64,000 bases of DNA from an uncultured Verrucomicrobiae bacterium (GTDB lineage Bacteria; Verrucomicrobiota; Verrucomicrobiia; Chthoniobacterales; JAFAMB01): the NCBI GenBank assembly GCA_963837955.1, contig CAWIPH010000002.1:2464001-2528000 (forward strand). The letters run 5' to 3'. The position numbers and the translations under genes are program-made. Below the pieces are notes generated by a model. That model had not been told where the DNA came from. It worked only from the letters and a program-made list of their open reading frames with translations, and made no database searches. This document shows, piece by piece, positions 8,781 through 18,055 of the stretch (positions within the stretch are counted from its first letter, which is position 1; every line of letters starts with the position of its first letter).

Positions 8781-11515
8781 CAAATGCAGCTGCGCTATTC
8801 CGTATGGATGGAATTTCGAAGCGCTACGGCGGCGTCTGTGCGCTGGAAGACGCGCGTCTCGCCTGTTTCCGTGGCCGAATTCACGCGGTCCTAGGCGAGA
8901 ATGGCGCCGGAAAATCCACGTTGATAAAGGTAATGGCTGGGGTCGTCCAACCGGATTCCGGCATCACGGAACTTGAGGGGCAACCGGTCACCTTCCGCAA
9001 TCCGGCTGCCGCGACAGCGGCTGGTATTGCCTGCATATTTCAGGAGCTGTCGCTGATCGCCGACTTATCCGTCGCGGACAATATTTCGATCACCAGCCCA
9101 CCGACACGGCTAGGCCTAATCGATCGCCGATCTCAACGTCGCTTGGCGGAGGCGGCGCTGGCCCGAGCCGGAGCCGAGGACATTCATCCGCTTTCGCCAG
9201 TTAAAGATCTGCCCCTATCCCGGCGGCAGATGGTTGAGATCGCCAAGGCACTGTCTCGCAATCCCAAGATCCTCATCCTCGATGAGGCTACGTCGGCATT
9301 GACCGCCGCAGATGTCGCCAGAGTTTTTCGGGTCTTAAAACAGCTTCGCTCGGAGGGCCTGGCCATCGTCTATATCTCGCACCGCATGCATGAGATCGCG
9401 GAACTCGCCGACGACTGCACGGTCTATCGCAACGGACGATACGTGGCGACTTTCGAAGCCGGAACCAAGACCGACGAGGCGATCGTGGAAATGATGATCG
9501 GGAGAGAGTATAAGAGCGTTTTCCCAGCGAAGCCGGCCCAAAAAACCGAGGGCGCGGCGGTGCTCAAGGTCAAGAACCTTTCTTGGGCGGGACGGCTGAG
9601 AGATATCGATCTGTCGATCAGGCCTGGCGAGGTAGTCGGTCTTGGCGGGCTCGACGGACAGGGACAACACGAGTTTCTGCTGGCTCTATTCGGTGTTTTG
9701 AGTGGCGTTTCCGGCACAATCGAGGTCGGTGGCAAACCCGTCTCCCTGAGAAGCCCATGCGCGGCCAAAAGAGAGGATATCCGTATGGCGCTGATTCCCG
9801 AGGATCGGAAGACCGAGGGATTGATGTTACCGATGTCGGTGCGCGATAACCTGTCCTTCGCCGCAATCGAACGATTTTCCCGCTTCGGCCTAATCCAGCG
9901 CGGTACGGAAGAGGAAGCGATAAAGGAGATCGTCCGGCTCCTGAACATTCGCTGTGATGGCATCGATGGTCCAGTAGGTTCACTCTCGGGTGGTAACCAG
10001 CAGAAGGTAGTCATTGGCAAATGGCTGATGACCGAGCCGCGAATCATCCTGCTCAACGATCCGACGCGGGGGGTTGACGTCGGTACGAAACAGGAGCTTT
10101 ACCAAAGCCTTCGGCGGTTGGCTGACCAGGGGGCTGCGATCTTGTTTTATTCCACGGATTACGATGAGCTGATCGGCTGTTGTGACCGAGTATTGGTTCT
10201 TTACGGCGGAACTGTTGTGCGAGTTCTCGAAGGGAAAGCGATCACCGAGCGGAATCTCGTCACGAGTGCTCTGAATTTACCGGTGGCAGATGGAAGTAGC
10301 GTAATCGCAGCAACGGCGTCAACAGAGGTGGGGCTAGGGGAAGGATCGGGCGTGTCCGGAATAGCTTTCGGCTCGTCAAGCTCGGCGTCGATGCAACCAG
10401 CTGCGTCGGATTCTCATGCGCCGCGGATTGACGAGATCCGACGTCGCCGAATGGATGTTCCCTCCGCCAGAGCGAACGAAGGCTATGCCGGACAGGCGCA
10501 ACCCCTCCCAGAGACGAGATCCAAACGTAAGAGCGATTGGCACTTTTACATTGGCGCTCAGCGCAGAATTCTTTTCGCTGTTGCGCTTTTCCTCGTGATG
10601 TTCACGCTTTACGTCACGAAACATCCTGGCGGTTTTAGCGCGCGAATTCTTAATACGGCGGCTAACAAAGGGGTCTTGCTTGCGCTGGTGGCGATGGCCC
10701 AAACCATCCCGATCCTTACCGCCGGTCTCGACCTCTCTGTCGGTATGGTGTTTGTACTCGCGAACTGCATCGCCTCTACGCTGGTCGTCGGCTCACCTCT
10801 GGAGACGGCCTTCGGAGTGGCAGCGGTCCTTCTTGCGGGAGTCGTCTGCGGGGCAATCAATGGCGCCATAGTCGTATTTGGCCGGTTGCAGCCCATCATT
10901 GCGACGATTGCTACAGGGGCAATCTATTATGGCTTGGCCCTTTGGTTAAGGCCTGCTCCGGGCGGCACAATCAACACCGATTTTGCTGATGCCGTAGTAG
11001 GGTCGTTGCCTGGCGGCATTCCGGTTACCCTGGTTCTCCTGCTGGGTGTGGTGTTCTTGTTTTGGCTACCCTATAAGCGTTCGGTCCTGGGTCGTGCCGC
11101 CTATGCCATAGGCTCTTCCGAGCAGGGTGCCTTCATGTCCGGTATTCCAGTTGGCCGCGCAAAGTTCCTCGCTTATTTGATGGCTGGTGTCCTTGCCTCG
11201 ATGGCCGGCCTGCTCTTGACCTGTATCACTTATTCCGGAGAAGCGAATACGGTGCTAGGGAGCACCTATACGCTCAATTCGATCGCGGCAGTCGTGCTTG
11301 GCGGAACCTCGCTTTTCGGCGGCTCGGGTGGTGCCATTGGCTCGATCTTCGGCGCCTTCGTTCTGAGAACCATCGGCGATCTGCTCATAACATTCGATCT
11401 AGATCCGCTTTGGCAGCCGCTCTACCTTGGGGTCGTTCTGCTCGTCGCTGTCAGTCTCAGTTCTTTCCGGCTACTTCGGATCAAGAATAGGTTAGAAATT
11501 TACCTCGGAGGCTAA
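8762..11515 (+). CDS. Fused sugar ABC ATPase (RbsA-like, two NBDs) + permease (RbsC-like)
   Basis: GENGAGKST, LDEATSAL, LSGGNQQKV, NDPTRGVDVGTK, then a ~90-aa linker, then BPD_transp_2 motifs GLDLSVG and SIAAVVLGGTSLFGG in one 917-aa frame. Alternative start ATG 8804. Confidence 0.9.
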   Translation: MEPVSYTNAAALFRMDGISKRYGGVCALEDARLACFRGRIHAVLGENGAGKSTLIKVMAGVVQPDSGITELEGQPVTFRNPAAATAAGIACIFQELSLIADLSVADNISITSPPTRLGLIDRRSQRRLAEAALARAGAEDIHPLSPVKDLPLSRRQMVEIAKALSRNPKILILDEATSALTAADVARVFRVLKQLRSEGLAIVYISHRMHEIAELADDCTVYRNGRYVATFEAGTKTDEAIVEMMIGREYKSVFPAKPAQKTEGAAVLKVKNLSWAGRLRDIDLSIRPGEVVGLGGLDGQGQHEFLLALFGVLSGVSGTIEVGGKPVSLRSPCAAKREDIRMALIPEDRKTEGLMLPMSVRDNLSFAAIERFSRFGLIQRGTEEEAIKEIVRLLNIRCDGIDGPVGSLSGGNQQKVVIGKWLMTEPRIILLNDPTRGVDVGTKQELYQSLRRLADQGAAILFYSTDYDELIGCCDRVLVLYGGTVVRVLEGKAITERNLVTSALNLPVADGSSVIAATASTEVGLGEGSGVSGIAFGSSSSASMQPAASDSHAPRIDEIRRRRMDVPSARANEGYAGQAQPLPETRSKRKSDWHFYIGAQRRILFAVALFLVMFTLYVTKHPGGFSARILNTAANKGVLLALVAMAQTIPILTAGLDLSVGMVFVLANCIASTLVVGSPLETAFGVAAVLLAGVVCGAINGAIVVFGRLQPIIATIATGAIYYGLALWLRPAPGGTINTDFADAVVGSLPGGIPVTLVLLLGVVFLFWLPYKRSVLGRAAYAIGSSEQGAFMSGIPVGRAKFLAYLMAGVLASMAGLLLTCITYSGEANTVLGSTYTLNSIAAVVLGGTSLFGGSGGAIGSIFGAFVLRTIGDLLITFDLDPLWQPLYLGVVLLVAVSLSSFRLLRIKNRLEIYLGG

Positions 11516-11521
11516 TAGGCG

Positions 11522-12475
11522 ATGCAAGCCCGGATATTGAAGCGCATTGATCCAATCGTGATTGCCGTCTCCGGCTGCATCATCGCTTTGCTGTTCGTCG
11601 GTTCATTCTACTCCTCCAATTTCCTTTCTCCGGAGTACCTCTTGCAACAACTGCAGGTAGCTTCTTTTCTCGGTATTATCGCCTCGGGACTTATGCTCAT
11701 CATCCTGCTCGGCCAGATCGATCTATCGATCCCATGGGTCGTGACGATTGGCGGCATGATGTCGACTACCGCGGGAGGCTGGGGCCAGATGGGAACCACG
11801 CTAGCCATCCCGTTCGGCATAATGTGCGGCCTCTGCGTCGGCCTGGTGAACGGAGTCGGTGTCGCCTATCTTCGCGTGCCCTCGATGATTTTTACCCTGA
11901 GCACGAACGTTCTGGCCCAAGGGTTGATGATTGTCCATACGAGTGGCTACGCCCCGCAAGACCGCGCTACAGCGACCATGCATCTGATTGCGGTGGGCCG
12001 GTCGCTATTCGGCATTCCCAATGCGCTCTGGGTATGGGGGGCGGTCGCCCTCATCGTAATCATACTGCTGACCCGAACCGTCTTAGGTCGTCGGATTTAT
12101 GCGATTGGCAATCGCGAATCGGCCGCCTACCTATCTGGCGTCGACACGCGCCAGGTGATCCTCATCTGCTTTGCTATTTCCGGGTCTTGCTCAGCTCTCT
12201 CCGGCGTGCTTTTGGCCGGCTACTCTACGCATGCTTATCAGGCAATGGGCGACCCTTATCTTCTTCCCGCGATTGCAGCGGTGGTTTTGGGTGGCACTCG
12301 AATTTTAGGTGGTCGCGGTACCTTTCTCGGCACGATCGCCGGCGTGATCTTGATAACCCTCCTGCAGTCGATACTTTCGGTCGTGCAGATGCCAGAGGCT
12401 GGCCGTCAGGTCATTTACGGTATCGTCATCATTTCGATGCTGCTGGTTTATGGCCGAGAGCGCGCTGAGCAGTGA
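11522..12475 (+). CDS. Sugar ABC transporter permease (RbsC-like)
   Basis: GQIDLS, GRRIYAIGN, IAAVVLGGTRILGGRG; highly hydrophobic. Confidence 0.95.
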   Translation: MQARILKRIDPIVIAVSGCIIALLFVGSFYSSNFLSPEYLLQQLQVASFLGIIASGLMLIILLGQIDLSIPWVVTIGGMMSTTAGGWGQMGTTLAIPFGIMCGLCVGLVNGVGVAYLRVPSMIFTLSTNVLAQGLMIVHTSGYAPQDRATATMHLIAVGRSLFGIPNALWVWGAVALIVIILLTRTVLGRRIYAIGNRESAAYLSGVDTRQVILICFAISGSCSALSGVLLAGYSTHAYQAMGDPYLLPAIAAVVLGGTRILGGRGTFLGTIAGVILITLLQSILSVVQMPEAGRQVIYGIVIISMLLVYGRERAEQ

Positions 12476-12728
12476 GGGAAGGTAGGATTTAGAAGCTAGA
12501 ATTTGGAATTTAGAAGTTGGAAGTAAGCAGTTACAAAACGCGGACGCTGTTCAGGCGAGCCGGGAACACCGAGACACGACACCTGACGTACGCCTCGGAT
12601 CCGTTCCCGGCGTTCTCGGCGATGACGGCGCTCCCGGCGTTATTTCGTTAGGAGTAAGACACTGATGGTGAGCTAATTACGATGATTATTACGGAATTTT
12701 ACAAATTACATTTTGAAAGGTATTTCAG

Positions 12729-14459
12729 ATGACAGTTGAATCCAACGGGTCGCTTCGCTCTCAAGCCTGGTTCGGAGGCACCAGTCGCGATGTGTTTATT
12801 CATCGTAGCTGGATGCGGAATCAGGGATTGCCGGACGATGTTTTCGACGGCCGGCCGGTGATTGGGATCTGTAATACCTATTCAGAGCTCACGCCGTGCA
12901 ACGCCCATTTTCGCGGGTTAGCAGACAAGGTGAAACAGGGGGTCCTGCAGGCGGGCGGTGTCGCGTTCGAATTTCCTGTGATGTCGCTGGGCGAATCAAA
13001 CCTACGGCCTACTGCGATGCTGTTTCGGAACCTGGCCAGTATGGATGTGGAGGAGTCGATTCGAGGCAATCCGATTGATGGGGTTGTTCTGCTGACTGGA
13101 TGCGACAAGACCACGCCTGCTCTGCTCATGGGAGCGGCCAGCTGCGATCTTCCGAGCATCGTGGTGTCCGGCGGACCGATGTTGAACGGCCGATTCAAAG
13201 GGCAAACTATCGGCTCAGGAACCAGCGTTTGGCAATTCTCGGAAGCGGTGCGGGCCGGCCAGATGACGATGTGTGAATTTTCGGAAGCGGAAGCCTGCAT
13301 GTCCCGAAGCGCCGGACATTGCATGACGATGGGCACAGCTTCCACGATGGCATCGATGGTGGAAGCGCTGGGTGTGGCCCTGCCACACAACGCGGCGATT
13401 CCAGCCGTTGATTCAAGGCGGAGTGTCCTCGCTCAAATGGCCGGACGCCGTATTGTCGAGATGGTCCGGGAAGATTTGCGGCTCTCAAAGATCCTGACGC
13501 GCGAAGCCTTTGAGAACGCGATCCGGGTGAACGGGGCAGTTGGCGGTTCAACCAACGGGGTCATTCATCTTCTAGCGATTGCCGGACGAGTGGGTATTAA
13601 GGTAACCCTCGATGATTGGGACAAGCTCGGTCGAGCGGTTCCAACGATCGTGGACCTGATGCCTTCCGGACGTTTCTTGATGGAAGACTTCTATTATGCC
13701 GGCGGGCTCCCGGTGGTGATGCGCCGTCTGGCCGAAGCTGGACTGCTTCACTCTTCCATCCAGACTGTCAGCGGTACGACCGTCTGGGAAAACATTCGAA
13801 ATGCCGAATGCTACAATTCTGAGGTGATCCGCCCGCTGGCGAAGCCACTCGTTCATTCCGGCGGCATCGCCGTGTTGCGTGGGAATCTGGCTCCTGACGG
13901 GGCTGTAATCAAACCTTCCGCTGCAAGTGCGCACCTGCTCAAACATACGGGCAAAGCAATCGTCTTCGAGAACATTGAACATTACCACGAGCGGATCAAT
14001 GACCCCGGCTTGGAGGCCGACGAAAACTCGATTCTTGTCCTGAAGAATTGCGGTCCACGGGGCTACCCAGGTATGGCGGAAGTTGGAAATATGGGATTAC
14101 CTCCGGCTTTGCTCAAGCGCGGCATCACCGACATGATTCGCATTTCGGATGCCCGCATGAGCGGGACAGCTTACGGGACCGTTGTTTTACACTGTGCTCC
14201 CGAAGCAGCGGTTGGAGGTCCGCTCGCTCTGGTCCACGATGGAGATCTCATTGAGGTGGATGTTGAGAACCGGATTCTTCGGTTGTTGGTAGACGAGATG
14301 GAGTTGGAAAAACGCCGCAGCGCTTGGACTCCGCCCGAGCTGCCGTCCGGAGGATATGAACGCCTATATTGCGAGCGAGTGATGCAAGCCAATCTCGGCG
14401 CCGATTTTGATTTCCTTCTTGGCGCCCGGGGCCACGACGTACCGCGACCGTCGCATTGA
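12729..14459 (+). CDS. IlvD/Edd family sugar-acid dehydratase (L-arabinonate/D-xylonate dehydratase-like)
   Basis: LRSQAWFG, ELTPCNAH, RPTAMLFRNL, GCDKTTP, GHCMTMGTAST, ISDARMSGTAYG; closer to pentonate dehydratases than to the branched-chain IlvD. Confidence 0.92.
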   Translation: MTVESNGSLRSQAWFGGTSRDVFIHRSWMRNQGLPDDVFDGRPVIGICNTYSELTPCNAHFRGLADKVKQGVLQAGGVAFEFPVMSLGESNLRPTAMLFRNLASMDVEESIRGNPIDGVVLLTGCDKTTPALLMGAASCDLPSIVVSGGPMLNGRFKGQTIGSGTSVWQFSEAVRAGQMTMCEFSEAEACMSRSAGHCMTMGTASTMASMVEALGVALPHNAAIPAVDSRRSVLAQMAGRRIVEMVREDLRLSKILTREAFENAIRVNGAVGGSTNGVIHLLAIAGRVGIKVTLDDWDKLGRAVPTIVDLMPSGRFLMEDFYYAGGLPVVMRRLAEAGLLHSSIQTVSGTTVWENIRNAECYNSEVIRPLAKPLVHSGGIAVLRGNLAPDGAVIKPSAASAHLLKHTGKAIVFENIEHYHERINDPGLEADENSILVLKNCGPRGYPGMAEVGNMGLPPALLKRGITDMIRISDARMSGTAYGTVVLHCAPEAAVGGPLALVHDGDLIEVDVENRILRLLVDEMELEKRRSAWTPPELPSGGYERLYCERVMQANLGADFDFLLGARGHDVPRPSH

Positions 14460-14515
14460 GGAAGGGGGATGGAGGACCGAATACGGAATTTAGAATTCAG
14501 AATCCCGATCCACCC

Positions 14516-15343
14516 ATGCATCTTTACCGAACGACCAAGGGCTTCTTGTTGAGAGTGGACGCTCACTTTTTCAACGTCCACGGCACCGATTTCGATGAGC
14601 TGTTGAATCTTCCGAATCTGCATGATCATCTGGTGGACGTCTCGCGCAAAACGCCAGTTATAGAAGCGCCGCTGCCGGAGGAAATGCTTGCGCCAATCGG
14701 GACTCAGGAGATTTGGGCTGCCGGCGTTACTTACGAGCGAAGTCGGGAGGGTCGCCGGGAGGAATCCAAGGAAAGCGGGGCCGCTGTCTTTTACACAAGG
14801 GTATACGATGCTGCGCGTCCCGAGCTTTTCTTCAAAGCAGCGGGATGGAGGGCGATCGGTCCCGGTGGCAAGATTCGCGTGCGTAAAGATGCTCAGTGGA
14901 ATGTGCCGGAGCCCGAGCTAGTGCTGGTGATCAACGCGGAGCAACAGATAATTGGCTATACTTTAGGCAACGACGTTTCGTCGCGGGATATCGAGGGTGA
15001 AAACCCGTTGTATCTTCCCCAAGCCAAAGTGTACGACGGTAGTTGTGCGCTCGGACCTGCGATTTGGATCAGCGACCAGCCATTAGACCTCAACGCAGAA
15101 ATAACCTTGGTAGTTGAGCGTTCCAATAAGCCCGTATTCCAAGGCAGTGTGTCGCTTGTCCGTATTCGCCGCCGGTTTAACGAGTTGGTGGAGTATTTGT
15201 ATCGTGAAATCAGTTTCCCAGACGGCGCTTTTTTATTGACCGGAACCGGCATCGTTCCTCCGAATGACTTTACGTTGTTATCCGGCGATGTCGTCAGGAT
15301 CGCCGCCGCCCCGATCGGTGAACTCGTAAACGAGGTTGCCTGA
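14516..15343 (+). CDS. FAH-family 2-keto-3-deoxypentonate dehydratase (KdaD/XylX-like)
   Basis: QEIWAAGVTYERS, RPELFFKA, WNVPEPEL, GNDVSSRDIEGENPLYLPQAK, LTGTGIVPP. Probable start is ATG 14516. Confidence 0.88.
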   Translation: MHLYRTTKGFLLRVDAHFFNVHGTDFDELLNLPNLHDHLVDVSRKTPVIEAPLPEEMLAPIGTQEIWAAGVTYERSREGRREESKESGAAVFYTRVYDAARPELFFKAAGWRAIGPGGKIRVRKDAQWNVPEPELVLVINAEQQIIGYTLGNDVSSRDIEGENPLYLPQAKVYDGSCALGPAIWISDQPLDLNAEITLVVERSNKPVFQGSVSLVRIRRRFNELVEYLYREISFPDGAFLLTGTGIVPPNDFTLLSGDVVRIAAAPIGELVNEVA

Positions 15344-15504
15344 CCTTCCTTTAGGAAGAACAAACAGACGAACCGGAACCCTGAGCGGCTCACGCAAGGC
15401 GTTCGCCCTACCGATCAGGGGCGCCGGCCCAGGCGTTGGTGGGGCGAAAATTTATTTGAGCCGCATCTCCGTGATCTTCGCGTCCTTCTGTGTAAAAATT
15501 GCTT

Positions 15505-16929
15505 ATGAAAGATTCCTTGGCCGCTCATCTTGATCTTGTTGCCGGCTTCCATGCGCCTGAAGCCAAAGCACGCGCGGCGTTTCTTCGCCGGATTGGAGAG
15601 CATATCAATGCGCTCGGCGACGAATTGATCCACGTCTGCCAGGAAGAGACCAAGCTCGCGGCGGATCGTCTGCGAGGGGAACGTGCTCGAACGATAAATC
15701 AACTCGCCATGTTCGCTGACCTGATCGAAGAAGGATCGTGGGTCGATGCGCGTATCGATACCGCTCTACCCGAGCGTAAACCGGTTCCAAAGCCTGATCT
15801 TCGGAGGATGCTGCGAGCCCTGGGGCCGGTCGCGGTATTCGGCGCCAGCAATTTTCCTTTGGCATTCTCGGTCGCTGGCGGGGACACGGCTTCAGCATTT
15901 GCAGCCGGCTGTCCGGTAATCGTGAAAGGACATCCCGGCCATCCCCGCACCTCCGCTTTGGTAGGGGACGCGATTGATCGGGCCGTATTGGACACGGGTC
16001 TGCCCAAAGAAATTTTTTATTTGTTAACAGACACATCGATCGAAGCGGGAACGAAACTGGTTACTCATCCAGTCATCCGAGCGGTCGGCTTTACCGGCTC
16101 GACTCACGCCGGACGCGCGCTCTTCGATCTGGCAGCAGCCCGCCCCGATCCGATACCGGTTTTTGCCGAGATGAGTTCTCTCAATCCAGTGTTGATCATG
16201 CCGGAAGCGTTGCGAGAACGCGGTGCGGAAATTGTCAAAGGTTTAGTCGGCTCGGTGGCGCTTGGCGTTGGCCAATTCTGCACCAAGCCCGGGGTGTTGC
16301 TGGCGGTGCGAGGACCGGAGCTGGACCAGTTCAGGGAGGCGCTCGGTGATGCGCTCGCCAAAGTGGAAGGCGCGCCGATGTTGTATCGCGGTATCGAGGA
16401 ACGACTAGCTGATTCGCTTCGCAAGGTGCAGGCGTACGTCCGGGTGAGTCATGCCGCCCATTTTTTGGTTGCTTCGGCGAAAGACTTTCGGGAGAACCCC
16501 GTGCTCCAGGAAGAAATCTTCGGGCCGGCCACCTTGCTGGTTGAATGCGCGGACGAAGCGGAAGTACTACAGACAATCGAGTCGTTGCCAGGGCAGTTGA
16601 CGGCGACGGTGCACCTCACGGCTAACGAACACGAATCCAGTCGCTGTTTTCTCGAAACGTTTGCTGAAAAAGCCGGTCGCGTAATTCTCAATGGGTATCC
16701 GACCGGCGTGGAAGTCTGCCCAGCGATGCAGCATGGCGGCCCTTATCCGGCGACGACGGACGCTCGTTTTACTTCGGTCGGCACCGCGGCAATCCTGCGC
16801 TTCGCCCGACCTGTCTGCTTCCAGAACTTCGCCGAAAAATTATTACCGGCAGAACTTCAGAATGTTAATCGGCTCCGCATTTGGCGGCAGTTAAACGGTC
16901 GCCTAACGCAGGAGGATGTTAGTGGGTAG
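15505..16929 (+). CDS. NAD(P)+ aldehyde dehydrogenase, alpha-ketoglutarate semialdehyde dehydrogenase type
   Basis: VFGASNFPLAFSVAGGDTASA, GFTGS, AEMSSLNP, GQFCTKPG, EEIFGP, HGGPYPATTD. Confidence 0.92.
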   Translation: MKDSLAAHLDLVAGFHAPEAKARAAFLRRIGEHINALGDELIHVCQEETKLAADRLRGERARTINQLAMFADLIEEGSWVDARIDTALPERKPVPKPDLRRMLRALGPVAVFGASNFPLAFSVAGGDTASAFAAGCPVIVKGHPGHPRTSALVGDAIDRAVLDTGLPKEIFYLLTDTSIEAGTKLVTHPVIRAVGFTGSTHAGRALFDLAAARPDPIPVFAEMSSLNPVLIMPEALRERGAEIVKGLVGSVALGVGQFCTKPGVLLAVRGPELDQFREALGDALAKVEGAPMLYRGIEERLADSLRKVQAYVRVSHAAHFLVASAKDFRENPVLQEEIFGPATLLVECADEAEVLQTIESLPGQLTATVHLTANEHESSRCFLETFAEKAGRVILNGYPTGVEVCPAMQHGGPYPATTDARFTSVGTAAILRFARPVCFQNFAEKLLPAELQNVNRLRIWRQLNGRLTQEDVSG

Positions 16930-16950
16930 CCGACGATGGGTAATCGGTAA

Positions 16951-17000
16951 TCGGTAGGGCGAAAGCCTAATCTGGCAGGCGCCAGATTGGCTTGAGCCGT
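16951..17000. repeat. REP family B element (GTAGGGCGAAAGCC-hairpin-GGCTTGAGCCG)
   Basis: tcggtagggcgaaagcc taatctggcaggcgccagatt ggcttgagccg; related copies at 15387-15414, 30566-30732 and 46197-46378. Confidence 0.8.
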
Positions 17001-17007
17001 TTGTGGT

Positions 17008-17243
17008 GAATAGCCGCAAAAGAACGCAGAGATCGCAAAGAGAAAGAGGGATAATCTTCAAGGCGGGTAGGGCGAAACAGTCCGGCAAGCCGCTAGGTGT
17101 GATACCGTGACACGATAAAGCGCCGGACTGTGAGCCTCCGGAACCCATCGTTTGGCTCACACGTCTTATCTCGCTGTCGCTCGACGACGTGTTTCGCCCT
17201 ACCTTTCTTGCGTGTTTCGCCCTACCCGTCAGGAGTTCTCGTA
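17008..17243 (+). repeat. Left arm of the long composite inverted repeat flanking the M15 gene
   Basis: 17008-17117 and 17203-17243 are near-identical to the reverse complement of 17893-18042. Confidence 0.88.
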
Positions 17244-17314
17244 ATAGCAATTTGGTGATGCAGGCCCACGCCTTAACCGGTTCTTAGCATTCTTAGATTA
17301 AAAGCGAACGGAAT

Positions 17315-17878
17315 GTGGTAGACTCGCAGATGGTTCGCGAAGAAGTTCGGGAAGAGTATCTTCGCCGCGTTGAGTCGATTCATGCCGCCCTCGGGATCCC
17401 ACCAACTTATTCCAGCGCCCGGAATCTAACTCCCTACTTCGAGGCGTCCACGCTCACTCCCGTTGAGGGACACGATCGGCGGCACTATCTGGCGCCACAA
17501 GCCGCGGTTAGATGGCGCGAAATGAAGATAGCTGCCGCCATAGACGCAATTGAGCTACGATTAATCTCCGGCTTTCGGAGCGTCGATTACCAATGCGAAA
17601 TCATTGAGAAGAAACTGAGACAAGGCGCAGACCTAAATACGGTTCTATCCGTGAATGCTGCTCCGGGATTTAGTCAACATCACACCGGCCTGGCGCTCGA
17701 CATCGGAACTCCGACTCATTTAACCCTGGTGGAAGATTTCGAAAACACTGAGGCATTTCAATGGTTAACTTCGCACGCAGAAAAATTCGGGTTTCTCATG
17801 CCATACGTTCGCGGTAATCGGTATGGATTTATCTATGAGCCTTGGCACTGGGTGTTGAAGGAGACTAACGATTTATAA
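17315..17878 (+). CDS. Peptidase M15B, D-alanyl-D-alanine carboxypeptidase (VanY-like)
   Basis: ISGFRS, Zn motif SQHHTGLALD, YEPWHW; no obvious signal peptide. Confidence 0.9.
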   Translation: MVDSQMVREEVREEYLRRVESIHAALGIPPTYSSARNLTPYFEASTLTPVEGHDRRHYLAPQAAVRWREMKIAAAIDAIELRLISGFRSVDYQCEIIEKKLRQGADLNTVLSVNAAPGFSQHHTGLALDIGTPTHLTLVEDFENTEAFQWLTSHAEKFGFLMPYVRGNRYGFIYEPWHWVLKETNDL

Positions 17879-17892
17879 TCGATCTCTAACCG

Positions 17893-18042
17893 TACGAGTG
17901 ACTCCTGATGGGTAGGGCGAAACACGCCCAAGAAATCGTGTCACCGTATCACGCGTAGCGCTTGCCGGACTGTTTCACCCTACCCACCATGGAAATCATC
18001 GCTCTTTTTCTTTGCGATCTCTGTGTTCTTTTGCGGCTATTC
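17893..18042 (-). repeat. Right arm of the long composite inverted repeat flanking the M15 gene
   Basis: Reverse complement reads gaatagccgcaaaagaacacagagatcgcaaag...ggtagggtgaaacagtccggcaagcgctacgcgtgatacggtgacacgat, matching 17008 onward. Confidence 0.88.
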
Positions 18043-18055
18043 GCTGTTTCCCCGG

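Noticed and set aside
17315..17878. Vancomycin resistance gene vanY
   Set aside because: It has generic M15B motifs only, and no vanHAX/vanRS genes are nearby.
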